DNA from: Acidobacteriota bacterium
Lineage (GTDB): Bacteria > Acidobacteriota > Thermoanaerobaculia > Multivoradales > J023
DNA length: 64,000 bases
Direction: 5' to 3'
Assembly: GCA_038748685.1 (NCBI GenBank)
Contig: JBCDIS010000018.1
Coordinates: 1 to 64,000 of the forward strand
Shown in pieces: positions 43,094 through 52,016 of this stretch; positions within the stretch are counted from its first letter, which is position 1, and the number at the start of each line of letters is the position of its first letter. The position numbers and the translations under genes were made by a program. The notes below the pieces were generated by a model that was not told the DNA's origin, made no database searches, and saw only the letters and a program-made list of their open reading frames with translations.

Positions 43094-43555
43094 ATGGAGG
43101 AAACGGCCTTCTGGCGTCGCAAAACGCTGGAACAGATGACCACCGGAGAGTGGGAATCCCTATGCGATGGCTGCGGTCGCTGCTGTCTCGTCAAGCTCGA
43201 AGACGCCGACACCGGCGAGGTCGAGACCACCAACGTCGCCTGCCGGTGGCTCGATCTGCGAACCTGCCGGTGCACGGATTACCCGAATCGAACGCGCAAC
43301 GTTGCGGGCTGTGTTCAGCTGACACCGCAGATGACCCGGGACACCACGTGGCTGCCGTCGACCTGCGCCTACCGCCTGATCGCCGAAGGGCGGGAGCTCT
43401 ACCCCTGGCATCCGCTGCTGTCGGGGGACCCGGAGTCCGTCCACCGGGCGGGGATCTCGGTGCGGGCCAAGGTGGTCTCGGAATCGGAGGTCGGCGAGCT
43501 GGAGACCCTGATCGAGGAGGGATTCGCCTTGGAGGACGAGCTCACCCCCCGCTGA
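43094..43555 (+). CDS. UPF0260 / YcgN-family cysteine-cluster protein
   Basis: [27 protein letters not shown]...[17 protein letters not shown]...[10 protein letters not shown] is co-linear with E. coli YcgN ([27 protein letters not shown]...). Confidence 0.75.
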   Translation: MEETAFWRRKTLEQMTTGEWESLCDGCGRCCLVKLEDADTGEVETTNVACRWLDLRTCRCTDYPNRTRNVAGCVQLTPQMTRDTTWLPSTCAYRLIAEGRELYPWHPLLSGDPESVHRAGISVRAKVVSESEVGELETLIEEGFALEDELTPR

Positions 43556-43580
43556 GGGACGGGGGAGCCGTAGCCGAGCC

Positions 43581-45356
43581 ATGGGGGCCTACGACGCCAC
43601 CCTCGAGCAGGCCCTTGACCTCTTCGAGGGTCCTTGGTCGTGGCTCGCCGACGGCCTCGCCCGGGGTCGTTACGCCCTGTGGCTCGGTTCCGCCATCTCC
43701 CGCCGGAGGCTTCCGGACCTCGGGGAGCTCCTCCGGCGCCTGCTCGGCGAGCTCGGCCGACGCCGGGCTTCGGGGGATCCGCGCTGCCCCTACGACCGCG
43801 CCCTCGGGGAGCTACTCGACCTGGCGGGGGAGCGGGGCGTCGACCGGGCCGCGGATCCTCGGTCGTGGCCCCAGCTCGACGCCGTCGTCGACCGCCTGTG
43901 GACGCGATACGACGAGGTCCTAGGCACCCGGCTGAGGACCGACGACGGCACGACGGTGGCGGATTTCCTCGAGCTTCCGAATCTTTACGGCGATCCCGGC
44001 ATGGAGCCGGACGCCGACCATCGACTGATCGCCCTGTGGCTTGAGGAAGGGGTCGTTTCGGAGCTCTACTCCGGCAACTGGGACGGCCTGGTGGAGGAAG
44101 CCCACCGCCGGATCCGCGGTCCCCGCTCGGTGGAGCTCCAGGTGGTCGCCCGGCCCGAAGACCTGCCCGATGCGAGAACCGGGCAGCCGGTGCTCTACAA
44201 ATTCCACGGCTGCGCCGTGCAGGCCCTCGCCGAGGGGGACCCCGGCCAGCTCGTGGCCACCCAGCGGGGTCTCTTGGGTTGGCTTCTGCTGCCGGAGGCG
44301 GAGCCCCTCCGCGAGGCCATGGGGCACGCCATGCGCCGAAGCCCGGCCATGTTCGTCGGTCTGTCGGCCCAAGACGTGAATCTCCAGGGACTGTTCCGGA
44401 GGGTCGCTTCGGCCGGGTCCGTGGACCGCGGGGACGATCTCCCCCGGGCGGTCTTCGCCAAACCCAGCCTCGAGCGCCCTCAGATGGATGTCCTCGAGAC
44501 CCTCCATCCCGATGCCTACCGCGTCGGCCTCGACCCCGCTGCCCTGGAGGCGCGGGCGGCCCTGCCCCTATTCTCCCAGCCGTTCTTCGGCGGCTTCTAC
44601 CTCTGGCTGCTCCTGGCGAAGGCCCGCGCCCTCCTCGATTTGGCGCGGGAGGCGGGAGAGCCCACCGGTGAGGGGGAGCTGCGGAGGCGGATCGAAGGGG
44701 AGCTCTTCCACCTGCGGCGGGCCCTTTGCCTTCGCTATGACCCGGTGGAACCCGAGAACCGCTGGGAACGGCTGGCGCAGGAGCTGCCGGAGGGCCTCGG
44801 CAGGATGTTGGGGATCTTCCAGGACGGCGAGCCCCCGGGTTCCTGCGCGCCGTACCGCTTTCTGACCCCGTGCCATCTCGACCGGATCCCCCGGGAGTGG
44901 GCGCTGCGGAGGGAGTACTTCGATCGGCTCATGCTGGTGCTCGCCCTGCTCGCTCTTCTGGCCCGGGAGCGGGGCTGGCGCCTGGACCTGGCGCCGGCGG
45001 CCGGGGGTTGCCACGCCACCCTCGACGACGGCCACCGGCGGTCCCAGGTGTTTGTGCTGCAGAGCATGGGGCGCGCGGCGGAACGGCTGCGGTTTCACCA
45101 CCTCGGAGGGGCCGCCGACCCCTGGACGGTCATCGTTTATGTGGAGGGGAGCGAGCCGCGGATTCGCCGTACCGCCCCCAGCCGGGGTGGCCTGCCGGGG
45201 CGGAGGGGGACCGGCATCTCCTCGTCTTCGCCGACGGAGATCTGGCTCACCGACGCCCTCGCAGACCCGCCCTTCGCTGTTTCGACTTCCAGCGCCGCCG
45301 CCGCCGAAGCCCTACGCCGCCGACTGCCGCCGATGGGGGGAGCCGCGCCGTGGTGA
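43581..45356 (+). CDS. SIR2-like (SIR2_2 family) domain protein with a C-terminal domain of unknown function, a candidate LmuA-type effector
   Basis: SIR2_2 signature blocks: YALWLGSAISRRRLPDLGELL (GAGxS-like NAD pocket), ELYSGNWDGLVEEA (TTNYD-like) and VLYKFHGC (KLHGS-like). Its stop overlaps the next gene's start. Confidence 0.75.
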   Translation: MGAYDATLEQALDLFEGPWSWLADGLARGRYALWLGSAISRRRLPDLGELLRRLLGELGRRRASGDPRCPYDRALGELLDLAGERGVDRAADPRSWPQLDAVVDRLWTRYDEVLGTRLRTDDGTTVADFLELPNLYGDPGMEPDADHRLIALWLEEGVVSELYSGNWDGLVEEAHRRIRGPRSVELQVVARPEDLPDARTGQPVLYKFHGCAVQALAEGDPGQLVATQRGLLGWLLLPEAEPLREAMGHAMRRSPAMFVGLSAQDVNLQGLFRRVASAGSVDRGDDLPRAVFAKPSLERPQMDVLETLHPDAYRVGLDPAALEARAALPLFSQPFFGGFYLWLLLAKARALLDLAREAGEPTGEGELRRRIEGELFHLRRALCLRYDPVEPENRWERLAQELPEGLGRMLGIFQDGEPPGSCAPYRFLTPCHLDRIPREWALRREYFDRLMLVLALLALLARERGWRLDLAPAAGGCHATLDDGHRRSQVFVLQSMGRAAERLRFHHLGGAADPWTVIVYVEGSEPRIRRTAPSRGGLPGRRGTGISSSSPTEIWLTDALADPPFAVSTSSAAAAEALRRRLPPMGGAAPW

Positions 45357-45940
45357 GATTGGACGATGGGACGAAGGGGACCGGTGTGGAGCGGGTGGTG
45401 GAGGTCCTGGTGCGCCGGGGTCGATACCGCTTGATGGCATCCCCCCTGCGGATCGACGGCGTGCGCTTCGAGCTCGACGCCGTTCTGGAGGGGCCCGGTC
45501 GACAGCGGCACACCGTGCTCGTGGCGGACGGCGCCGCGCCGGAGGCCGCCGGCGTCCCCCATCGAATCCGGGCCCTGGTCCTGCTGCTGGAGCGGGCCGA
45601 ATCGGCCCGGCCCCTGACGCTGGTATGGCTCGACGGAGACGGCAAGGGGCGGCCGCCCCTCGAAGACCTCTGCCGGGTGGTGGCGGTGGACCCCCACCGG
45701 GACGACGACGACCTGGCGGAGCGGCTGGCGTCGCTCCTGCCCCTGGAGCTGCCGGAGCCCCCGGAACCCGTCGGATCGGTCGAGGGATTCTTGAATCGAC
45801 GGCTGGAAGACGCCGACGACTCCGTCACCGCGGCCCTGAGGGCGGCGGCGGCCTCGGGCACGGAAGCGGTCCGTTCGGCCCTGATCCAAATCCTGGAGGA
45901 CGCCCACCCGCTGGCGGAGCCCTCGGGGGAGGAGGAATGA
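45353..45940 (+). CDS. small (about 195 aa) hypothetical protein, middle gene of the SIR2/SMC operon (LmuC-like position)
   Basis: The reading frame of ORF 44870..45940 becomes non-P/R-rich from here. The start codon GTG at 45353 (or 45350) overlaps the SIR2 TGA (GTGA), with a GGGGGGAG SD 10-13 nt upstream. Its stop overlaps the ATG of the ATPase (ATGA). An alternative ATG start is at 45434. Confidence 0.5.
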   Translation: MRLDDGTKGTGVERVVEVLVRRGRYRLMASPLRIDGVRFELDAVLEGPGRQRHTVLVADGAAPEAAGVPHRIRALVLLLERAESARPLTLVWLDGDGKGRPPLEDLCRVVAVDPHRDDDDLAERLASLLPLELPEPPEPVGSVEGFLNRRLEDADDSVTAALRAAAASGTEAVRSALIQILEDAHPLAEPSGEEE

Positions 45941-47691
45941 TCGAGCGCTTGACAGCCTTGGAGCTGACCGACTTTCGCGGCTGGCGGGGCGCCCACGGGG
46001 TACCCCTCGACGCCGACGTGGTGCTCCTCCACGGCGCGAACGGCGCCGGGAAATCTAGCCTCCTGGCGGCTCTGGAGCTGGGATTGACCGGCGCGGTGGG
46101 GGACCTCGCCGGCTTTGTGGACGACTACCCCAGGTGCCTACGCCACGTGGGCGCCGCAGAGGCCCGGGTCACCCTCCGCTGGCGGTCGGGGGAGGGCGAG
46201 AGTTCCGTCGAACGGACCGTGGGCGGGGCCGTGGAGACGGCGGGGGGCGCGGAGCTGGATCCGGCCCTCGGCCGTCGCTTCGTCGAGAGGTGCTATCTCT
46301 CCCAGGCCCGCCTCTCCCGTCTTCTGGAGGTGTACCAGACCCCCGACGCGGGCCGGGAGCAGCCGATCCTCCGCATGCTCGGCGCCATGCTGGGCTTCGG
46401 GCCGGTGGACGCCCTCATGGAGGGCCTGCACCCCGCCGGGGACCTGAGGGTTCTACGAAAAGCGTCCCCCGCCGTCGCCCGTCTCGACGCGGAGGAGCGC
46501 CGCCTCGACGCGGATCGGCGGGGTTGGGAGCAGCGCTGCGCCCGCCTCGAAGAGGACTGGCGGCGGGCCCGCCGGGAGGTCGAGGCCGTAGACCGTCAGC
46601 TCGACGGGTCTCGGAACGCGTTCGGCGAGCCGGACTGGGGGGAGGACGAAGATCCCCTGGTGGACGCCGTCCGCACCAGGATCGCGGCGCTACGGCCGGA
46701 GGAGGAACTGGAGGAGACGGAGACGGGGCTCCAGGGGGTTCACCGGATCCGCGGGATCCTGGAGACGCTGGAGGCGTTAGGGGTGGATCGCCTCGCCGAG
46801 GATTCCGAGCTAGGCCGTGCGGCGACCGCCCTGCTACGTCGGGAGGCCCAGCGGCTCGGGGTCGAGGGTAGGTCCTTGGCCGAAACCCACGGCGTGCTTT
46901 CCGAGGCCGTCGTCGACGAGGCGCGCCGCTGGAGCGACGCGCGGGGGGACGCGGTCCGCCGGCTGCGGTGGGTGCAGCGGGCCGAGGGGGCCCTGGTCCG
47001 CCTGACGGAGACCCGCCTTCGCCTCGCCGAGTCCCAGCGCCGGCGGGCGGATTTCGCCGCCAAATCCCGGGAGCTTGAGTCGGCGCGGGTACGGGTCGAC
47101 GGCGTGGTGTCGGCGGCTAGACGGCTGCGGGGCGCCGCGGCCGAAGCCCAGGCGGAGATGGTGTCCCGCCTGCTCGACGAGCGGCTCAACGAGCGCTGGG
47201 GGGACCTCTTCGGCCGGCTGGCGCCGGCGGAGCGTTTCCGGCCGAAGCTGGGGGCGCCGCGGGTGCGGCGGGGCCGCCTACGGGCCTCGGCCCGGGCGAC
47301 CTCCGACGGCGCCGAGGGGTTCGACCGGCTGGGGGCGGTCCTGAGCTCCGGAAATCTCAACACCGCCGCCCTGACCCTTTTCGTGGCCCTCCATTTCATG
47401 GAGAGATCCCAACCGCCGGTCCTGGTGATCGATGACCCGGTCCAGGCGATGGACGACGTCCACACGGTGCAGCTGGCGGCGCTGCTCCGCTCCATCGTCT
47501 ACGACGGCGGCCGTCAGCTCATCCTCGCCGTCCACGACCGCGCCCTCTTCGACTACCTCACCCTGGAGCTCGGTCCCACCACGTCCGGCCATAGTCTCCT
47601 GGCCTTGGGCGTCCGACGGGGAGAGGACGGCCCCAGCCTCGACGTCCGCCAAAGGGTCTGGCGGGACGACGGTGTCCGGTTCGGAGACTGA
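45937..47691 (+). CDS. SMC/Rad50/RecN-like ABC ATPase (584 aa) with a coiled-coil insert, a candidate LmuB-type partner
   Basis: N-terminal Walker A LLHGANGAGKSSLLAALE; a long Arg/Glu/Leu coiled coil; C-terminal signature-like LSSGNLNTAALTLFVAL and Walker B/D-loop PVLVIDDPVQAMDD. The RBS GGAGGAGGAA precedes the ATG at 45937. The upstream part of ORF 45052..47691 is a P/R-rich artefact. Confidence 0.75.
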   Translation: MIERLTALELTDFRGWRGAHGVPLDADVVLLHGANGAGKSSLLAALELGLTGAVGDLAGFVDDYPRCLRHVGAAEARVTLRWRSGEGESSVERTVGGAVETAGGAELDPALGRRFVERCYLSQARLSRLLEVYQTPDAGREQPILRMLGAMLGFGPVDALMEGLHPAGDLRVLRKASPAVARLDAEERRLDADRRGWEQRCARLEEDWRRARREVEAVDRQLDGSRNAFGEPDWGEDEDPLVDAVRTRIAALRPEEELEETETGLQGVHRIRGILETLEALGVDRLAEDSELGRAATALLRREAQRLGVEGRSLAETHGVLSEAVVDEARRWSDARGDAVRRLRWVQRAEGALVRLTETRLRLAESQRRRADFAAKSRELESARVRVDGVVSAARRLRGAAAEAQAEMVSRLLDERLNERWGDLFGRLAPAERFRPKLGAPRVRRGRLRASARATSDGAEGFDRLGAVLSSGNLNTAALTLFVALHFMERSQPPVLVIDDPVQAMDDVHTVQLAALLRSIVYDGGRQLILAVHDRALFDYLTLELGPTTSGHSLLALGVRRGEDGPSLDVRQRVWRDDGVRFGD

Positions 47692-47735
47692 GAGCGGTTT
47701 GGGGGAGCGGTCTTCACTGCGTCTTGACAGGCAAA

Positions 47736-47744
47736 TGATATAAT
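47736..47744 (+). promoter_or_regulatory. extended -10 promoter element TGATATAAT (a TTGACA lies 9 nt upstream, not at canonical spacing)
   Basis: A perfect TGnTATAAT in an AT-rich island in otherwise 70% GC DNA, about 195 nt upstream of a small secreted-protein ORF. The leader contains several short hairpins (CCATCC-tcgtg-GGATGG and GTGCGA-N13-TCGCAC). Confidence 0.3.
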
Positions 47745-47938
47745 CGACAAATCGTCGACTCGGCGTCATTGCGCCCGAGTGGGTCTGAAGCAGGCCGGTT
47801 GGGCGGTGCGCCATCCAATATCAGGGACCCGGAAATCCGGATCGGCGATCGACTCTTGTTCAAGCCATCCTCGTGGGATGGCGTTTCTAGACCTCCGGCG
47901 GTGCGAGAGCGCATCCGGATCGCACAAGGAGTGGAATC

Positions 47939-48199
47939 ATGCGTCGACAGTCGTTGGCCGTAGGGCTGGCCTTGGCCCTTTTCTTTTGGATCGCCCTTCC
48001 AACCTTCGCAGCTCCGAGCATTGAAGCGTCCCCAGGTTGGGTGACGTCCGTGCTGGACTGGTCCCACGGGTGGGTGGAAAGCCTGCTCATCTGGATCGAT
48101 CAGAGCACCAGCGCTCCGGATCCAGATCCCGATCCGGACTCGGAAATCGGGCCGGGGATCGAGCCCGGGGGGACCGCAGCGCCGGACCCCAAAGCCTGA
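47939..48199 (+). CDS. small secreted protein (86 aa) with a DPDPDPD acidic tail
   Basis: The RBS AAGGAG lies 8 nt upstream of the ATG. A clear signal peptide is MRRQSLAVGLALALFFWIALPTFAAPS. Confidence 0.45.
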   Translation: MRRQSLAVGLALALFFWIALPTFAAPSIEASPGWVTSVLDWSHGWVESLLIWIDQSTSAPDPDPDPDSEIGPGIEPGGTAAPDPKA

Positions 48200-48281
48200 C
48201 CGCGGAGGTTCCGGGCCCGCGGAGGGAAGCTTTTCCCGCCGCGGCCCGGAGCGTGCCCGGGCCGGATGCCGGAGCCGCCGA

Positions 48282-49742
48282 TCAAAGGACGACGCCGGGG
48301 CGCCTCGCGCCGTGGCGCTGCATTTCCTGCTCGAATCCGTCGGCGAGGTCGAGGGTCAGCTGGCCGGCGAGGGCGGCGCGGACGAAAGCCAGGGTGGCGG
48401 CTTCCAGCACGGGGCTCTTGGCGAAGCTCTGGAGCAGGGACGCCATGCCCGACGCCATCTCCACCGCCTCCTGGGTCTTCCCCTGCTCCAGCAGCAGTCG
48501 GACGAGGTCGAGGGTCACCAGAGCCGAGTCGAGGCCTCCGCAGTCGAGCATCTGCCGCTGGGCCTGCCTCAGGCGCTCCTCGGCGAGGTCGTGGTCACCC
48601 TTCAGCCGCGCCAGGCGACCGTACTCCCAGACCATCTTCGCCTGGTTGATCCCTCCTTCGTCGTGGAAAGCCTCGACGGCCTTCCCGAGCCAGCGCTCGC
48701 TGGCTTCGAGATCCCGGGCGTTCTCATGGGCGAGGGCGAGATTCTGGTAAGCCGCGACGCGGTACCGCCGTAGGGCAGGGCTGCCCTGGGGCATCCGTCG
48801 GAGCGCCTTGCGCAGGGCACGGGACGCCGCCAGGGAGTCCTGTAGAAGGTTGAAGACGACCCCCCGATCCACCTGTACCTTCGCCACCTCGACTTCGAGA
48901 TCCAGGTCGTAGAACACCACCAGGGCCTCCCTCAAGACCTCGATGGCTTCGCGGTGCTGGCCGTGATCGCAAAGCACGTAGGCCGCCCGCCGCAGCAGGT
49001 CTCCGGTCACCGCGTCCAGGCCGCGGGTACGGCTGACCTCGAGGGCGAAGCCGACCGCGGCGGCCGCCAGGGAGAGGTTGCCGAGCAGGCGCTGTGCGGA
49101 ACCGTAAATGCCGATGGCCCGCAGCGCCAGGGCCAGTCGCTCGGGATCCTGCCCTTCGAGGATCGCCGGAACCAGCTCGGCGCCCACCACCTCCACGAGC
49201 TTGGCGGCTTCCCGGGGCTCGTCGTAGCGCAGGGCGTCGAGGTGGTCGAGATAGGCGGTGGCGAATTCTAGAGTGCGGTAGCGGTGGGCGTGGCGCAGCC
49301 TACGCCGCTGCTCGATGCGACCGCAGCGGGCCACGTCGTTTACCAGATCCTGAACCGGCGTCGGATCTGGATCGAGTATCCCCGACGGGTAGATCTCGGA
49401 GTGGTCTCCGTCTTCGAGATGACCGGCCAGAAGGACCGCGGCCTCCTGCATGTTGGCGAGGGGCCGATCGTCCACCGCGCTGCGCAGGCTGTCGAGGTAC
49501 TCGAGGGAGCTTCTGGGGGCGTCGAGGGCTCGGCCGAAGAACTGGCCGGGATCGGTCTTCAGCAGCTCGAGGGATTTGAGCAGCACTTCGAGGGGGATGG
49601 AGATGTCCCCGCGACAGAACTTGCTCAGATAGCCTTCGCTGCGGGAGAGCCCGGTTTCGACCTCTCGAATGCGGCCGAAATTCTTCTGCAACTCCGTCCG
49701 CAGCGCGGCTTGCAGTCGTCGATAGGCGTCCCCTGAGTCCAT
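48282..49742 (-). CDS. XRE-type HTH plus TPR-like regulator
   Basis: The N-terminal HTH (LRTELQKNFGRIREVETGLSRSEGYLSKFCRGDISIPLEVLLKSLELL) is followed by about 400 aa of TPR-like helical repeats. Confidence 0.65.
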   Translation of the reverse strand: MDSGDAYRRLQAALRTELQKNFGRIREVETGLSRSEGYLSKFCRGDISIPLEVLLKSLELLKTDPGQFFGRALDAPRSSLEYLDSLRSAVDDRPLANMQEAAVLLAGHLEDGDHSEIYPSGILDPDPTPVQDLVNDVARCGRIEQRRRLRHAHRYRTLEFATAYLDHLDALRYDEPREAAKLVEVVGAELVPAILEGQDPERLALALRAIGIYGSAQRLLGNLSLAAAAVGFALEVSRTRGLDAVTGDLLRRAAYVLCDHGQHREAIEVLREALVVFYDLDLEVEVAKVQVDRGVVFNLLQDSLAASRALRKALRRMPQGSPALRRYRVAAYQNLALAHENARDLEASERWLGKAVEAFHDEGGINQAKMVWEYGRLARLKGDHDLAEERLRQAQRQMLDCGGLDSALVTLDLVRLLLEQGKTQEAVEMASGMASLLQSFAKSPVLEAATLAFVRAALAGQLTLDLADGFEQEMQRHGARRPGVVL

Positions 49743-49807
49743 GACGGTCTAGTTTAGCATAGTGCTTAGACTTTCTCGTGCGATCGTCCGCATTCTTGCG
49801 AGCAACG

Positions 49808-50659
49808 TCAAATTTTGTAGGACTTCTGGTCTAAAGCTTTGGTCTGAAGTAAGGATTCGAGGGCGGGACCCCAGGGAACCGGCCGTCGGCCTTCTGCGAG
49901 GAAGAGGGGATTGTCGAGGGATTCCTTGTTGTAGCGCAGGGGCGTCCCTTCAGCATCGATCATCCTGCCCCCGGCGGCCCGCAGCACGGCGTCCCCCGCG
50001 GCGGTGTCCCATTCCATGGTCCGGCTGAGCCGAGGGTAGGCGTCGGCCCGGCCCTCCGCCAGTAGACAGAGCTTGAGGGAGCTCCCCATACCCACGATCC
50101 TGTGGTCCGGGAGCTCCCGAAGAAACGCCTCCATCCGGCGGTCGCGGTGGCTGCGGCTGGCCATCACAACCAGTGGACCGTCGTCGGTGCCGGCGGCGCG
50201 GATCGGCGCGGTCGCCCCGGCGGCGGTGTCGCGGCGCCAGGCCCCTCGGCCATCGGCGCCGAGCCAGGTTCTCCCTTGGATCGGCGCGTGGACCACGCCG
50301 GCGACGGGCCGTCCGCGGTCGACGAGGCCGACGTTGATCGTGAATTCGTCGCGTCCGGCGACGAACTCGCGGGTGCCGTCGAGGGGGTCGATGAGCCAGG
50401 CCCGTTGCCAGGATCTCCGCTCCCCCCACGGCGCGGCGTCGGATTCTTCGGCGATGTAAGGCACGTCGGGATGGGAACGCCGCAGGCCCGCGATCAGGAT
50501 CCGCTGGCTTTCCACGTCGGCCTCGGTCACCGGCGACGCGTCCCCCTTGTAGCGTACCGCTGTGTCATCCCGATGGAAGATCTCGGCGGCGGCGCCGCCG
50601 GCGGTCTCGGCCAGGTCCGCGAGGTCGAGGAGCCATTGGGGAGGTTCGATCGGGGGCAT
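49808..50659 (-). CDS. cysQ: 3'(2'),5'-bisphosphate nucleotidase CysQ / inositol-monophosphatase-family protein
   Basis: IMPase-family motifs are present: EESDAAPWGERRSWQRAWLIDPLDGTREFV and WDTAAGDAVLRAAGG. Start set at the ATG at 50659; the upstream extension is S/T/P-rich. Confidence 0.8.
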   Translation of the reverse strand: MPPIEPPQWLLDLADLAETAGGAAAEIFHRDDTAVRYKGDASPVTEADVESQRILIAGLRRSHPDVPYIAEESDAAPWGERRSWQRAWLIDPLDGTREFVAGRDEFTINVGLVDRGRPVAGVVHAPIQGRTWLGADGRGAWRRDTAAGATAPIRAAGTDDGPLVVMASRSHRDRRMEAFLRELPDHRIVGMGSSLKLCLLAEGRADAYPRLSRTMEWDTAAGDAVLRAAGGRMIDAEGTPLRYNKESLDNPLFLAEGRRPVPWGPALESLLQTKALDQKSYKI

Positions 50660-50738
50660 GGAGCACTCTACCAACCGGCCGGAAGGTATCTTCGAGATGG
50701 GAATGGTCGGGCCGAGGCCCGGGTCCCGACGCCGGCCG

Positions 50739-51209
50739 TCAGCCCGGGACGATCTCGATATCGGTGGTGATGTCGATGGCGGCTTCGATGGATCGGTAGA
50801 TCGGGCAGAACCGAGCGTGGAACCCGTGGACCCGCTCGATGGTCTGTCGCTGATCCTCCGAAGCTTCGAGGCGATAGGCGACGTGGATCCTTCGGAGGAC
50901 GAGGACCTTGTCCTCCACCTCCACCTCCCCACGGGCCTGTCCCGTCAACTTGCCTTCACTCGCTGCAACGTCACGCGCCTCCAGCGCGCCCCCGAGGGTG
51001 CCGGTCAGTCACCCACCGGCGGCGGCCACGAGGTAGTCGATCGTGGTCGCGTGGGGATCGGCGATGTCGGGGGAAACGCCGTAGTGGGTGGCGATGGCGC
51101 CGTGGACGCCGAAGGCCACGGGCTCCGTTTCCGCCGGCAGATAGGCTAGGCGGAAGGGACCGCGCTGGCGCTCGATGCGAACGTTCGAGACGTAGACGAC
51201 GTCGGACAT
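50739..51209 (-). CDS. OsmC/Ohr-family peroxidase-like protein whose reading frame contains one internal TGA at the catalytic Cys position, a candidate selenoprotein (Sec at 51009-51011) or a nonsense pseudogene
   Basis: ORFs 51009..51209 and 50739..50948 are in the same frame and are separated only by the TGA at 51009-51011. The read-through product is ...DYLVAAAGG-U-LTGTLGGALEAR...ERVHGFHARFCPIYRSIEAA. It aligns with OsmC's AAAHAS-C-FSMAL (peroxidatic Cys) and AKAG-CP-VS (resolving Cys). The RBS GGGAGG precedes the ATG at 51209. A GC hairpin with a GG-containing loop lies 20-45 nt downstream of the TGA. Confidence 0.55.
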
Positions 51210-51281
51210 GGGGGACCTCCCTTTCGGTGGTGATCCACGGGGACGGGCTGTCGAACCGGTGGGCTCAGTGTAGCAGGGGTC

Positions 51282-52016
51282 TCAGGGTGCTGACGGTCCG
51301 CCCAGGGCCCATTCCTGGGTCGGCAGCAGCCAGTCGTCCAGGGCGCGATAGAAGACCCCGTGGGACCGGCCCAGGGCGAGGCGGATCTCCCGAAAGCGCA
51401 GGCCGGGTCCGCCCCGTGCGAAGACCCCGCGGCACGAGCGCCCGTAGTCGTCGCTGAGCTCGTAGATCGAGAGGAACTGGCCCGTGACCTCCATGGGCAC
51501 CCGCTCGAGCCAGTCGCCGCAGGCGCCGAGGATGACGAAGCGGACGTCTTTCTCTTGCAGCAGGTTGGCCGCCAGCAGGGCGATGCCGCCCCCTTTGGAG
51601 AAGCCGACCACGGTGATCTGGTCCGCGGGCACCCCCGCGGCGAGAAGGGCGCGGACCTCTTCCGCCACCTGGCCGGCGTAGGCCGCCACGTCGGTCTTCG
51701 GCGGCCGCGATTCGCTGATCACCCAAAGGCCCGCGTCGGCGAAGCGGAGCAGCATCTTCTGGTACTCGTAGAGGCCGAATTGGGCGTGGGAGGGCCGCAC
51801 CCGCTGTTCCTCCACGATGCCGCCGTGGAGGTAGAACAGGTACCGCTGGGCGGTGTCCACGGGTTCCGGCGGACCGGCGAGGATCCTCCCCCCGGGGACG
51901 GAGACCCCCTGTTCCGAGGCCTCGGTGCCGCCGCAGCCGCCGAGGACGGTGCACAGCAGGAACAGGCCGAGGGCCAGGAGCGCAGGGGGTGAGGGTCGAA
52001 GGTATCGAGACGTCAT
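51282..52016 (-). CDS. lipoprotein alpha/beta-hydrolase (dienelactone-hydrolase-like)
   Basis: Start at the ATG at 52016 overlaps the thiolase TGA (ATGA). The lipobox is LLCTVLGGCGG. A nucleophile-elbow-like VVGFSKGGGIAL is present, with downstream acid and His candidates. Confidence 0.65.
   Translation of the reverse strand: MTSRYLRPSPPALLALGLFLLCTVLGGCGGTEASEQGVSVPGGRILAGPPEPVDTAQRYLFYLHGGIVEEQRVRPSHAQFGLYEYQKMLLRFADAGLWVISESRPPKTDVAAYAGQVAEEVRALLAAGVPADQITVVGFSKGGGIALLAANLLQEKDVRFVILGACGDWLERVPMEVTGQFLSIYELSDDYGRSCRGVFARGGPGLRFREIRLALGRSHGVFYRALDDWLLPTQEWALGGPSAP

Noticed and set aside
45052-45936. N-terminal 295 codons of ORF 45052..47691
   Set aside because: This part is P/R/G-rich and overlaps the real frame of the small middle gene. 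The ATPase starts at the ATG at 45937, which has an RBS.
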